Assembly: GCA_043718065.1 (NCBI GenBank)
Contig: JAYSWJ010000086.1
Coordinates: 8,456 to 72,455 of the forward strand
Reading direction: 5' to 3'
DNA: 64,000 nt
From: Polaromonas sp.
GTDB lineage: Bacteria > Pseudomonadota > Gammaproteobacteria > Burkholderiales > Burkholderiaceae_C
Below are positions 45,125 to 54,722 of the stretch, one piece after another. The translations under genes were made by a program, and so were the position numbers. Each line of letters begins with the position of its first letter. The stretch's first letter is position 1. Below the pieces are notes generated by a model. The model ran no database searches. It saw nothing but the letters and a program-made list of their open reading frames with translations, and was not told the DNA's origin.

Positions 45125-45457
45125 ATGACGCCTAAACTGACCCCGCTCAAAGCGGGCGACACTTTTAGCTACGCTGGCACGTGCAAGTTGCCCGCGGGCA
45201 ACTGGACGGCCACTTGCCAAGTACGCGGTAGCGAAGAGCCCTTTGACCTGGTAGGCACCGTGGTGGTGAGCCTGGGCACTGTGGTGGGCCTGGACACGCC
45301 GATTGCGCTGTTTGCCAGCGCAGCGCAAACACAAGCGTGGCCGGTAGGAACGCATGCGCTAGATATCCGCTACGCCGAGGTGGGTGGGCCTGATGCAGTG
45401 ATCCACACCAGCACTATCTTGCTGCCGGTGCAGCGGTCGATCACGGTGCCGGTTTAA
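45125..45457 (+). CDS. Tail-associated protein (unknown family)
   Basis: An ORF in the tail operon. Confidence 0.4.
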   Translation: MTPKLTPLKAGDTFSYAGTCKLPAGNWTATCQVRGSEEPFDLVGTVVVSLGTVVGLDTPIALFASAAQTQAWPVGTHALDIRYAEVGGPDAVIHTSTILLPVQRSITVPV

Positions 45458-45461
45458 CGCT

Positions 45462-45725
45462 ATGTCAGTGATTGCCATCACTCTGGCCCCGGTGCTGTCG
45501 GTTGCGTTGACGCTAACGGGCGGCACGTCACTGGTCACGCTGGCCAACCCACTGCCTGCGGCCGCTGGCTACACCCTAACGCTGGTGCCTGCGGGGCCGA
45601 CAGTGGTGGCCGCGGTGGGCGAGCTGCTGCGTGGGCCCCGCGGCGTGCCTGGTGCAGCTGGGCCGGTCTACACAGGCGGCGAGCTGCCCGACATGACTTT
45701 GATTTTTGACAACGGATTAATTTAA
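45462..45725 (+). CDS. Tail-associated protein (unknown family)
   Basis: An ORF in the tail operon. Confidence 0.35.
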   Translation: MSVIAITLAPVLSVALTLTGGTSLVTLANPLPAAAGYTLTLVPAGPTVVAAVGELLRGPRGVPGAAGPVYTGGELPDMTLIFDNGLI

Positions 45726-45748
45726 ATTTTGTTTCCCCAGGAGAAAAT

Positions 45749-46234
45749 ATGAGCTTGCAAATAGTTTTACAAAACCTCAGCACCCGAGTTGCGACGGAAT
45801 GCAAGGCCCTGCGCACGCTGACCAATGGCAATGCCGCAGGCCTGGCCGCGTTAACCACCACGGATAAAACCAACCTGGTTGCAGCGCTTAATGAGGTGCG
45901 GGCCTTGGCTGCATCTGCCGGAGCTGTGTCAGACGGCACAACCAGCACCACCACAGGCTGGTCAAGCACCAAGGTCACAAGTTACGTAGCCTCGCAAGTG
46001 GCCACCGTGCTGGGCGGGGCCAGCGCAGCATACGACACGCTGCAAGAGATACAAGCGTTGATGGTTGCGGATGATACCGAGACCACAGGCATATTAACTT
46101 CACTGTCGAACCGTATACGTTTCGACGCTGCGCAGGTGCTGACAACTCCACAGCAAGCGCAGGCCTGTGCCAACATTGGCGTGGGCGACCCCGAGACTAA
46201 CTTCGTCACGGTTTTTAACGCAGGCCTGCTATGA
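45749..46234 (+). CDS. Tail fiber-like protein
   Basis: There is an AGGAGAA RBS. The motifs TDKTNLVAALNEV and YDTLQEIQALM recur in phage fiber proteins (my recollection). Confidence 0.45.
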   Translation: MSLQIVLQNLSTRVATECKALRTLTNGNAAGLAALTTTDKTNLVAALNEVRALAASAGAVSDGTTSTTTGWSSTKVTSYVASQVATVLGGASAAYDTLQEIQALMVADDTETTGILTSLSNRIRFDAAQVLTTPQQAQACANIGVGDPETNFVTVFNAGLL

Positions 46235-46605
46235 GCCTGGCGGCGCAGATCACTTTGCTGGCTACGCGCATTGGTAACACGCTGCGCGACACGGTAATGC
46301 CGCGCGTGCAGCCTGCTGGCGGGACTACCGGGCAGGTCTTAACAAAGACAAGTGCGGTTAATTACACTAGCGCCTGGCAAACACCTGCCACCGGTGGCGG
46401 CGGGGTTGTTGCTGGCACCAAGACACTAGGCTACACCAACGGCATGCTGACAAGCGTAAACGGCCCGGGCGCAGCTACTAAAACACTAAGCCGCACGAAC
46501 GGAATATTGACCCAAGTGCAAGCTGTAAGTGGCGGCGTGACTGTCACAAAAACGCTGGGCTACACTGGCGCGGCGCTGACAACAGTGGGTACGGTGGTGT
46601 CATGA
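46231..46605 (+). CDS. Tail fiber-associated protein with three YD-like repeats
   Basis: It has the fiber-type motif GGTTGQVLTKTSAVNYTSAW. It then has 3x TKTL(G/S)(Y/R)T(N/G)G.LT.V. Confidence 0.45.
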   Translation: MSLAAQITLLATRIGNTLRDTVMPRVQPAGGTTGQVLTKTSAVNYTSAWQTPATGGGGVVAGTKTLGYTNGMLTSVNGPGAATKTLSRTNGILTQVQAVSGGVTVTKTLGYTGAALTTVGTVVS

Positions 46606-49202
46606 CCGTAGCTTTTTCAGGTAACCTAATAACCCAGTCCGGCACGGATACTGATGCCAGTATTCAGGCTGCGGTACTGGCTGTGGCTGGTGTGACTTCA
46701 ATTACTGAATCTTCGGGTTGTGTGCGCCTGATCGTGCCTTGGCGTTTCCAAGTTAACGGCACGCTCACAACCACAGGTGCGACCGCGTTTACTCTTAGCC
46801 GTGTTGGTACGCCCGCCAACGAGGTCGTCATTGCTATTGGCGGGCGTTGGAACTACAAGGAGTCAAAAACCGCAAGCGGCTTGACTGACTGGCGCGCGAT
46901 GCCCCCTATGATTTTTACCCAGGCAACTAACAATGGTTTTAACGGGCAGACGGCCAACCTGATTTATGTCAACGGTGGCATCCAAGATTTTGCCAAAGTG
47001 CGTGTTATTGGCAACGGCGGTCACTACTGGAATGGTGGCACGATCATCATTCGAGATTGCGAATATCTTGCAGAAGGCTTAGCTGCGGTAAACGACAACC
47101 AGATCACTACGCAATCAGGCAATCCAACGCTAGACATTGATGGCCTTGAGTACAGGGGTACGTCGTTGTTTTTGCAAAACTTTGTCAAAACTAATTTAAA
47201 ACGCTTGCAGCCTAAATTTGCAATTCGCGGCTTCGGCTCAGGCTTTGGGCTGACACAAGTTATTGAAGACTATGACGGCAAAGGCACTGGCTTTGATTTG
47301 TCTATTTATGCCGCTGGACAAAACAGCTTAATTATTTCAAAGAACGGCGTAAAAGGTGGCGGCGTAACCTGCGGTCCGTGGAATGCGCCAAACAATAACA
47401 ACAACGAATACCAAGCTACAGCGGATTTGCAGCTAGTCGGTGTTAATGACGTTGGCGCTACGGTGATGTTTAAAGCATACCACCTTGACAACAACGCCGG
47501 TGCACCTGTTGGGACTGGAAAAACAGCAACAAATTACACGTTGCGCAAAACATACAACGTAGCTTCCACAGTCGGCGGCGTAGCCACTGTTAACGTGTTG
47601 CTGGCCGCTGGTTTAAACGACAACGCAATGGTGCGCCGAGCCGCAGTGCAAACAGGTGATTTGTACACCTTTACATGTTTTAGTTACTTGTCACAGCCTA
47701 CAGTTACTACAGCAATAAATCTTGCTGGTGCTGGCATTAAGCAATCAACGGTTGTGCAGCTGCGTGACTTTTCGATCAGTCAAACGGTTAAGGCCACGGT
47801 AGATGCGTACACGGCAATAGATACACTTGACAAACTATATGACCGTGCAAAGTCCTTTTCGTTCGACACGTTTGCAGGCGAGACATCCGCGCTTTTTGCA
47901 GACGACGGTACAACGCTAAATGCGGGCAGCCGCGACATTGTTTTGGATAGTGCAGCGGCTGCGGTCTTCGCGCTTGCGGGCAACACAATCACCATTAAAG
48001 CCACGGCATTTACCGCTGGGGCAAAGTTTAAGAGTTTGGCGACTACGGGCACAGTGACCGTTGCCAACGGCTCTAGCATCACCGGTGTGACTATAGCCGC
48101 CAACGTCACCCAGCCCACGCCAGCCAACCTGACCGGCGTAACCATAACTGGCACACTGACGTACACGACCCCAGTTGTTACCCCTGTCACGTTTACCAAC
48201 AGCACCACGGGCACGGTAAGCAACAGCGGCACGGCGGTGATACCAATCAAGCGCATCAACAGCACATTAACGGCGGGCACCAACGTGACGGCATACTCGC
48301 CTACATCGCTTGCCTTTACGCTGTCAGCTGGCCGCATCCGTCTGCTGGACAACGTGGGCGCTGAGCAGTTTAACCAAACTGCTGACGGTACATTTGAGCT
48401 GCCCGCTGCCGCTACAGGCATATGGACATACGTTATTCGCAAGTATGCCCAGTTGCCTATCGTTGGCAGTTTTGTTGTAGATGGCACAGCCAAATCAATC
48501 GTGGCCAGCTACATCCCCGACACGCAGGTGGTTGCGCCAGAAGCGACGGTGGCAGCCTATGTTTCCCTAGAATCCGCACAACAAATCTACGACAGACTGT
48601 CTTTGTTTGGGGCCACCGCAGCGGGCATTGTTTTTGGAGTTGTGGCCAGCAAAGGTTTTGGCACTATAACCATACCCGGGGGATTTACCCCCAACCCTGC
48701 GGCGGTAGCTCTTATCAGTGTCGCGGCTGGATTTTTAACCACTGCCACCGCCACGTTGCAAGAAGCGGTGACTATCATCAGCAGTGGCAACTTTATAAAC
48801 GACCCTGCTGATGGGGCCATACTGTCACGAGACGTGGCCATTCGAGCCGCCAACCTGGACAGTGAGCTGGTACACACAGCTGACGCGCTGACGTTTTACC
48901 CATCAGCGGGCGACCGCAATGCCGGCACAAACCCAGGGCTAAGCATTGGCAATGAACTATACCGTTTTAAGCTGGGCAACACGATCAGCGGCGTGCTGTT
49001 GTCGGGCACCTTGGCCCTGCGCGTCACCGTCGGCGGAATTACCTTTTTTGCTGATCTGGCCATTGCCAGCGGACGCAACGTACTGGACCTGGGCGTGCAG
49101 AGCCAACTTGCAGCCATTAACGCAAAAACACTAACTCTGCCGCAGATTGAGGCCAGCCAGGTGCTGGCCACGAAGGCCGATGTGTGGGCGGCCGCCAACT
49201 AA
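46602..49202 (+). CDS. Large receptor-binding / tailspike-like protein (beta-helix-like composition)
   Basis: 866 aa, rich in T/N/G/V. The 5' half is AT-richer than the neighbours. Confidence 0.45.
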   Translation: MTVAFSGNLITQSGTDTDASIQAAVLAVAGVTSITESSGCVRLIVPWRFQVNGTLTTTGATAFTLSRVGTPANEVVIAIGGRWNYKESKTASGLTDWRAMPPMIFTQATNNGFNGQTANLIYVNGGIQDFAKVRVIGNGGHYWNGGTIIIRDCEYLAEGLAAVNDNQITTQSGNPTLDIDGLEYRGTSLFLQNFVKTNLKRLQPKFAIRGFGSGFGLTQVIEDYDGKGTGFDLSIYAAGQNSLIISKNGVKGGGVTCGPWNAPNNNNNEYQATADLQLVGVNDVGATVMFKAYHLDNNAGAPVGTGKTATNYTLRKTYNVASTVGGVATVNVLLAAGLNDNAMVRRAAVQTGDLYTFTCFSYLSQPTVTTAINLAGAGIKQSTVVQLRDFSISQTVKATVDAYTAIDTLDKLYDRAKSFSFDTFAGETSALFADDGTTLNAGSRDIVLDSAAAAVFALAGNTITIKATAFTAGAKFKSLATTGTVTVANGSSITGVTIAANVTQPTPANLTGVTITGTLTYTTPVVTPVTFTNSTTGTVSNSGTAVIPIKRINSTLTAGTNVTAYSPTSLAFTLSAGRIRLLDNVGAEQFNQTADGTFELPAAATGIWTYVIRKYAQLPIVGSFVVDGTAKSIVASYIPDTQVVAPEATVAAYVSLESAQQIYDRLSLFGATAAGIVFGVVASKGFGTITIPGGFTPNPAAVALISVAAGFLTTATATLQEAVTIISSGNFINDPADGAILSRDVAIRAANLDSELVHTADALTFYPSAGDRNAGTNPGLSIGNELYRFKLGNTISGVLLSGTLALRVTVGGITFFADLAIASGRNVLDLGVQSQLAAINAKTLTLPQIEASQVLATKADVWAAAN

Positions 49203-49223
49203 TTAACTAATCTGAGTCGAAAA

Positions 49224-52200
49224 ATGCCCATCCAAACCGAAGACATCAAACTCCTAAAATCCGCTGTGATGGCCGACACCAGCGATGGCGGCGGCGCTAT
49301 GACGGGCGTAGAAGTGGTAGACGGCGTTAGCAACAACCTGTTTCCTGACACGTCACAAGTTGACCGCGCCTTGGGCCGGGTCAACATTCGCCAGATATTC
49401 GGCGTGGCTCACACCAACGACACTGACGTGGCGCTGGGCGTGCACACTATCATCACCGACGCACCAGACGACCCGTTGGTGCACTGCACTTTGATGGCTG
49501 CGCCCCGCTGGGGCGCTACCCGAAATGAATACCGCGAAGCGATTGAACGCTACCTGGTCAAAGGGCCGCTGCTGGACTGCTACGCTTATGAGGCGCACTA
49601 CGCTGGTAGCTTAAGCCTGCGCCTATTCGGCAGCGGCGCAGCAGAGCTACCTACCGGTGGCGACGCGATGGTGATTCGCAGCGCCGACGGCCTGCAAGAG
49701 CAGTTCTTGCGCGTGCTGCGTGTTTCGACCTCTACGGTCACCAAGGGCAAGCGCACAGTACAAGTGGGCCTGTGCGACCTGGGGCAGGCGCTGGAGTTTG
49801 ATTTTCCGGGCAGGAACCCGGAGGATGAATCTTTATCACACGCAGGTTCTACCGCGTTTCACACCACTACGGTATCAGGCGGTGCTAAGTTTTACGGCAT
49901 CAAACCTGTGGGCGCATCAGCTGCTATTGGTGACTACAGCATTTTGACGCAAGGCGGAATTTTTGCACCCTTGGTGCCAGCGGCTACCGTAGAAAGCCCA
50001 TTGGTAGACCAGTACCCCCTACTGCTGCGCAGGGGCTTGTCGCGTACTGCGCTGGCAGCTTTGACCTTGCCGCCAGTTACCAGCGTGTGGAATGCCGGAG
50101 CTAGGCTGAGCACGCCCACTGCCATTGAACCCGGCAGCTTGGCGCTGACGCATGCGGGTGTGAGCTTTACCGATGACGGCGCGGGTAAGCTTAAGCAAGG
50201 CACTACTGTGGTGGGCAGCATTGATTACAAGGGTCGCACTGCCACATTGGCTGCAGGCGCACCGTCGTACGGTAGTGGCACCAGCGCCATTACCTACCGT
50301 CCGGCGACGTTGGCTGGCGCGGGCACCCACAGCGCAGCGCAAGAGGTCACTATTGCCAACCAAGGGTTGGTGTACACCTTTGCATTTGAGCCGCCGCCTG
50401 CGCCTGGCACCTTTACGCTGAGCTACATGGCGCAGGGCCGCTGGTACGCGCTAGAAGACAACGGGTCGGGCAAGCTAAGCGGGGCAGATACAAGCTACGG
50501 CATCGGCACTATCAGCTACGCCAGCGGCTCTATCGGTGTGACACTGGGAGCGATACCCGATATAGGCTCGTCGCTGATCTATCAATGGGGCACAGCGGAC
50601 GCCGCAGTGGCCTACAGCGTAGTGCGTCCGACTAAGTTGTCAACAACCATTGATCTGCCCTACAGCGTGAATGCCGCCAGCTTAACGATGACTTGGTCGC
50701 GTGGTGCAGCTAACTACAGTGCCACCTGCTCAGCACAGGGCGTGCTGGCAGGTGATGCCACGGGCACAGCTAAAGTGGTATCGCGCCGCACTGGTTCAAA
50801 CTTAAGCAATTACTACAATCCCAATAACCCGTTTCCGGTGACCTACGCTTTTGAGCTGGAGTTCTCCCCCAACGTGTTTCCAGACGGCGCAGTAGCTATC
50901 GCCTGGCAACAGCGGCCCAACTCTTTTTCAGACGCCGTTAACAACGGCACGGGCTCCTACACACTAGGTCGCCCACCTGCTACGGGCAGTGTCAGCTTGA
51001 CGGTGCAGACGCTGTACGAAGCTGGATTTGACCTACCGCAGGCTATTAACGCGGTAGACAATGGTGCAGGTGCTCTGCTGTCTACCTCTATTGGCAGCCA
51101 GGGCGCGATAGTGGGAACTATCAACTACACCACGGGCGCTGTGACCGTAGTGGCCAACATGCCGATGGATGTTTACGAGCGTATTAGCGTGACGGCACAG
51201 GTGGGGGCCATAGGCGGCACAGTGCCGCAAAACTATGAGTCACGCGTACTTCGCGCCGGCAAAAACGTCACTCTTAAAAACGCTGCGATCGGCACCATCA
51301 GCCACGCAGCAGGCGCGGTGTCGCCCGGTACCGGGCTGACTGTCACACCTACAAGCTATTCGGCCAAGCTGAAAATTGAGGCAGGGTTGACGATGCAAGA
51401 CGGCGACTTTGCGTTTACCTGCGGTGACGCGGTTTACTACGGCCTGGCTAACGTGATTTCAAAGGGCTGGGTTGCTAGCACAGGTGTGCCCTCGGTCGAG
51501 AACTGCGGTAATGCCACCTCTGACGGTGTAGTCACGGTAAACAGCCTGCCAGCCAACGGAGTTAACAGCTTAGCATTTGCCAATGCTGCGGTCAACAAAG
51601 CTGGCGACCTGCGGGTCAGTCAGGGCGTGTTTCGTGTCGCGTCTGCACCGCTCAAAGCAGGTGTCTTTCAGCTGCAATCGGTCGCTCAGGTAGCGCAGGC
51701 CAATGGTGCTGGCGTGATCGCAGGTGGCGGTTTTACAGGGCTGGTGGACTATGCGCGAGGTATTGTTCGCTGGGGTAGGTTAGGATCCTTCGTGGGTGAC
51801 ATGGTGCAAGCCGATGCACTGAGCTACAACGCTGTATTTCTGCAATATTTGCCCTTAGACGCTAACTTGCTAGGTTTGCAAACTGCCCGCCTACCGCTAG
51901 ACGGCAAGGTGCCTATCTACCGTGCTGGCGGCTTGGTGGTGGTGCACAACACGCAAACCTTTGCGGTGCCCAGCCCTTTGACAAAGGGTACGGCGTACAA
52001 CATTGGCCGCGGCAGGTTGTCTAGCGTCAAGATCAAAACAGCTACAGGCGGCACCGTGCCTAGTGCGCTGTACATAACTAACTTGGACACCGGTACGGTC
52101 ACCGTGCCGACTGGTTCAAACATCACAGCGCTGCCCCAACCTTGGGCGCTGGAGCATCGAATTGAAGACCTGGTAGTGTGCAGCGAGGCGGATATCAGCG

Positions 52201-52727
52201 GTAAGCTAAAGTTCACTCGCTCGCTCACGCACGTTTTCCCCGCTGCAACGTCGTTTGTCAGCAGCGCGTTGGTTGCAGGCGATGCGTTTGGTAGGGTGTA
52301 CGGTGTGTTTGACCAGCAGACCTGGACGGGCGCATGGAGCGACGCGCGCATCGGCAGCGACACCCTGGCGAGCTACAACACCATTGACTATCCGATCACC
52401 ACCACGAACCGTGGGGCTGTGAAAGAACGCTGGGCGCTGATATTCACCAGCAACACCGCTTTTAGGGTGGTGGGCGAGAACTACGGTCAGGTGGCCACAG
52501 GTGACATTAACACCGTGTGCCAGCCAAACAACACCGCCACAGGCGCACCGTTTTTTAGCATACCTGTATTGGGCTGGGGCGGCGGCTGGGCGGCAGGTAA
52601 TGTGCTGCGTTTGTCTACCGACGCTTGCGGCGCAGCCATAGGGGTGGTGCGTACAGTTTTACAGGGGCCGGATACGCTGGCCAGTGATAAGTTCACCTTG
52701 GCCTTGCGCCTTGACGTGAACGCTTAA
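49224..52727 (+). CDS. Large (1167 aa) tail tip / host-specificity-type protein, family not recognised
   Basis: The call rests on size and position only. Confidence 0.45.
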   Translation: MPIQTEDIKLLKSAVMADTSDGGGAMTGVEVVDGVSNNLFPDTSQVDRALGRVNIRQIFGVAHTNDTDVALGVHTIITDAPDDPLVHCTLMAAPRWGATRNEYREAIERYLVKGPLLDCYAYEAHYAGSLSLRLFGSGAAELPTGGDAMVIRSADGLQEQFLRVLRVSTSTVTKGKRTVQVGLCDLGQALEFDFPGRNPEDESLSHAGSTAFHTTTVSGGAKFYGIKPVGASAAIGDYSILTQGGIFAPLVPAATVESPLVDQYPLLLRRGLSRTALAALTLPPVTSVWNAGARLSTPTAIEPGSLALTHAGVSFTDDGAGKLKQGTTVVGSIDYKGRTATLAAGAPSYGSGTSAITYRPATLAGAGTHSAAQEVTIANQGLVYTFAFEPPPAPGTFTLSYMAQGRWYALEDNGSGKLSGADTSYGIGTISYASGSIGVTLGAIPDIGSSLIYQWGTADAAVAYSVVRPTKLSTTIDLPYSVNAASLTMTWSRGAANYSATCSAQGVLAGDATGTAKVVSRRTGSNLSNYYNPNNPFPVTYAFELEFSPNVFPDGAVAIAWQQRPNSFSDAVNNGTGSYTLGRPPATGSVSLTVQTLYEAGFDLPQAINAVDNGAGALLSTSIGSQGAIVGTINYTTGAVTVVANMPMDVYERISVTAQVGAIGGTVPQNYESRVLRAGKNVTLKNAAIGTISHAAGAVSPGTGLTVTPTSYSAKLKIEAGLTMQDGDFAFTCGDAVYYGLANVISKGWVASTGVPSVENCGNATSDGVVTVNSLPANGVNSLAFANAAVNKAGDLRVSQGVFRVASAPLKAGVFQLQSVAQVAQANGAGVIAGGGFTGLVDYARGIVRWGRLGSFVGDMVQADALSYNAVFLQYLPLDANLLGLQTARLPLDGKVPIYRAGGLVVVHNTQTFAVPSPLTKGTAYNIGRGRLSSVKIKTATGGTVPSALYITNLDTGTVTVPTGSNITALPQPWALEHRIEDLVVCSEADISGKLKFTRSLTHVFPAATSFVSSALVAGDAFGRVYGVFDQQTWTGAWSDARIGSDTLASYNTIDYPITTTNRGAVKERWALIFTSNTAFRVVGENYGQVATGDINTVCQPNNTATGAPFFSIPVLGWGGGWAAGNVLRLSTDACGAAIGVVRTVLQGPDTLASDKFTLALRLDVNA

Positions 52728-52735
52728 ATTTTGGA

Positions 52736-53935
52736 GTGACTATGAGCGAATTTGTATTGGACTTTGACAGCAGCGAAACCGGCGCGCCGGTGCTAAACAA
52801 TGCACCGGGCAGCATGATCGGCGTGCTGGATGCCTGCTTGGTCACTGGGTTTAACAGTCGGGCGATCACCGGATTGGTGGTCGCAGCGGGCGTGGCCACT
52901 GCGACCTGTGCAGGTCACGGCTACAGTAGTGGCTTTAGCAAGGATGTTGAAGTTGCAGGGGCCATACCAGCAGGTTTGAACGGGCGCAAGCAACTGACGT
53001 TTGTAGACACTAACACTTTTAAGTTTTTAGCTACCGGCGTATCGGATCAAACGGCTACGGGCACTATCACCGCCAAGCGCGCGGCCCTCGGGTGGACAAA
53101 GTTGTTCGCGGGCACCAATAAAGCGATATACAAGCGCACTGACCTCACGGCGACGACAATTATGCTGCGTGTGGTAGACACAAGTGTTGCCGCCGCTAGT
53201 GCCATAAGCGCGCGCTGGACGGCTATTGAGACGGCCACTGACGTTGACACGTTCAGTGGTCTATGCCCCACATCAGCGCAGCTACAAGACGGCTACTTTG
53301 TAAGTAAGGGGCAAAACTCAACGACAGCTAAGCAGTGGACACTAGTCGGCAGCTCGCTATTATTCTTTTTAACAACAGGTTCCTCTTCGTTCGGATTACT
53401 GCCAAACTCAGATCAAGAGGCGTGCAGCAGCATGTTGTACTGCTTCGGGGACTTCACTTCCTACAAACCCGGTGACGCATATAACTGCATTGTGTCAGGT
53501 GAGATATTAGACGCAAACGGCGGCGGCACTAGCCACGGCACGCGACCACTGGGCTCAGATCAGTCAAGCGTTTCCGTAGGCTTCCTCGGTATCCAGTGCG
53601 CGCGCGGGTACTCTCAGTTTGCTGGAGCTGTGACACTTGGCGTGTTTGGTGCGGGCGGTCAGCGCAGTGGTTCGAGCGGTCAGTTTGTCTTTCCTAGCCC
53701 AATTGACTCCGGCTACTTAATCAGCCCTAAAACGATACTCACCGAAGCAGTACCAGGCGGCTTTGCGGCTCGGGGGGTGATGCCTGGCTTCGTGCATATA
53801 TTGGGTGTCCGGCCTATCCGCTACCGCGAAGTTGTAGATGGTATCGTTGATCTGTCAAACAGGAAGATACTAGGTCTGCAACCATACGCAGCAGGATCTG
53901 CACGCGTGGCCATTGATCTATCCGGGCCTTGGTAA
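52736..53935 (+). CDS. Tail-associated protein (unknown family)
   Basis: A 399-aa ORF in the tail operon. Confidence 0.4.
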   Translation: MTMSEFVLDFDSSETGAPVLNNAPGSMIGVLDACLVTGFNSRAITGLVVAAGVATATCAGHGYSSGFSKDVEVAGAIPAGLNGRKQLTFVDTNTFKFLATGVSDQTATGTITAKRAALGWTKLFAGTNKAIYKRTDLTATTIMLRVVDTSVAAASAISARWTAIETATDVDTFSGLCPTSAQLQDGYFVSKGQNSTTAKQWTLVGSSLLFFLTTGSSSFGLLPNSDQEACSSMLYCFGDFTSYKPGDAYNCIVSGEILDANGGGTSHGTRPLGSDQSSVSVGFLGIQCARGYSQFAGAVTLGVFGAGGQRSGSSGQFVFPSPIDSGYLISPKTILTEAVPGGFAARGVMPGFVHILGVRPIRYREVVDGIVDLSNRKILGLQPYAAGSARVAIDLSGPW

Positions 53936-53939
53936 AACT

Positions 53940-54305
53940 ATGGCGATTCGTGCAACAGGGCAAACAGGGAGGGTGCTTTCTTCCAGCCCACCTCCTATTA
54001 GCCCCGCAATACGCTCGTACGGTAGGGGGCCTATTTCAGCAGGGTGTGACTTTGAAAACGGCGGAAAACACCAGGTCACCGGCACCACTAAAGTCAAAGG
54101 CTCACCGGACTTTGCAGTTAGCCGCCGTGTACGGCTGCACGATCAACTAACCGGTCTGTTGGTGCGTGAGCAGTGGAGTCAAGCCGGCACGGGCGCGTAC
54201 TCTTTCACTCGTATTCGCGCAGGTCTGTTCTACATAGTGGCCTTTGACTACACCAACGCTTATAACGGTGTGATCGCTACCAACGTAGCGTCAGAACTGC
54301 CGTGA
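53940..54305 (+). CDS. Tail-associated protein (unknown family)
   Basis: The ATG at 53940 is 4 nt after the upstream stop. Confidence 0.4.
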   Translation: MAIRATGQTGRVLSSSPPPISPAIRSYGRGPISAGCDFENGGKHQVTGTTKVKGSPDFAVSRRVRLHDQLTGLLVREQWSQAGTGAYSFTRIRAGLFYIVAFDYTNAYNGVIATNVASELP

Positions 54306-54721
54306 CCTTATCACTTGTTGCTAGGCAGGCTAGGTTGTCAGCCATTGGCCGACTGGTAGATTCCAATGGCGGTGGGGCCGTACATTTGTACGCTGCCCCC
54401 ATGCCCGCTAAGCCAGAAAACGCTCCCGTGAACGCCCCTTTAGCAATTGTGGCATTGGCCGCAGTGTGTGGCTTTGCGGGTGCCACGCCACAAGGTCTGG
54501 CTACTTTTACGCTAACGCCAGTCACTGGCAACGCAGCGGCCACCGGACTGGTGGCGTGGGCACGGTTTGTAGATGGTGCCGGTACAGCTATTGACGACCA
54601 GGTGGCCGGCACGCCAGGTAGCGGAGCACCAGTAATTGTTACCGATAACAAGACGGTGCCTAGCGCGTTGGTTTTCTCAGGTGGTGAGGTGCAAATAGTC
54701 TCTGCAGTTTGGGCCGAGTAA
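54302..54721 (+). CDS. Tail-associated protein (unknown family)
   Basis: A GTG start overlaps the upstream stop. Confidence 0.35.
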   Translation: MTLSLVARQARLSAIGRLVDSNGGGAVHLYAAPMPAKPENAPVNAPLAIVALAAVCGFAGATPQGLATFTLTPVTGNAAATGLVAWARFVDGAGTAIDDQVAGTPGSGAPVIVTDNKTVPSALVFSGGEVQIVSAVWAE

Positions 54722-54722
54722 T

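Noticed and set aside
45749-53935. Looked for a diversity-generating retroelement or invertible (Gin/G-segment-like) host-range switch in the fiber region.
   Set aside because: No reverse transcriptase or invertase ORF occurs anywhere in the window. I saw no template/variable repeat pair or inverted repeats flanking fiber genes.
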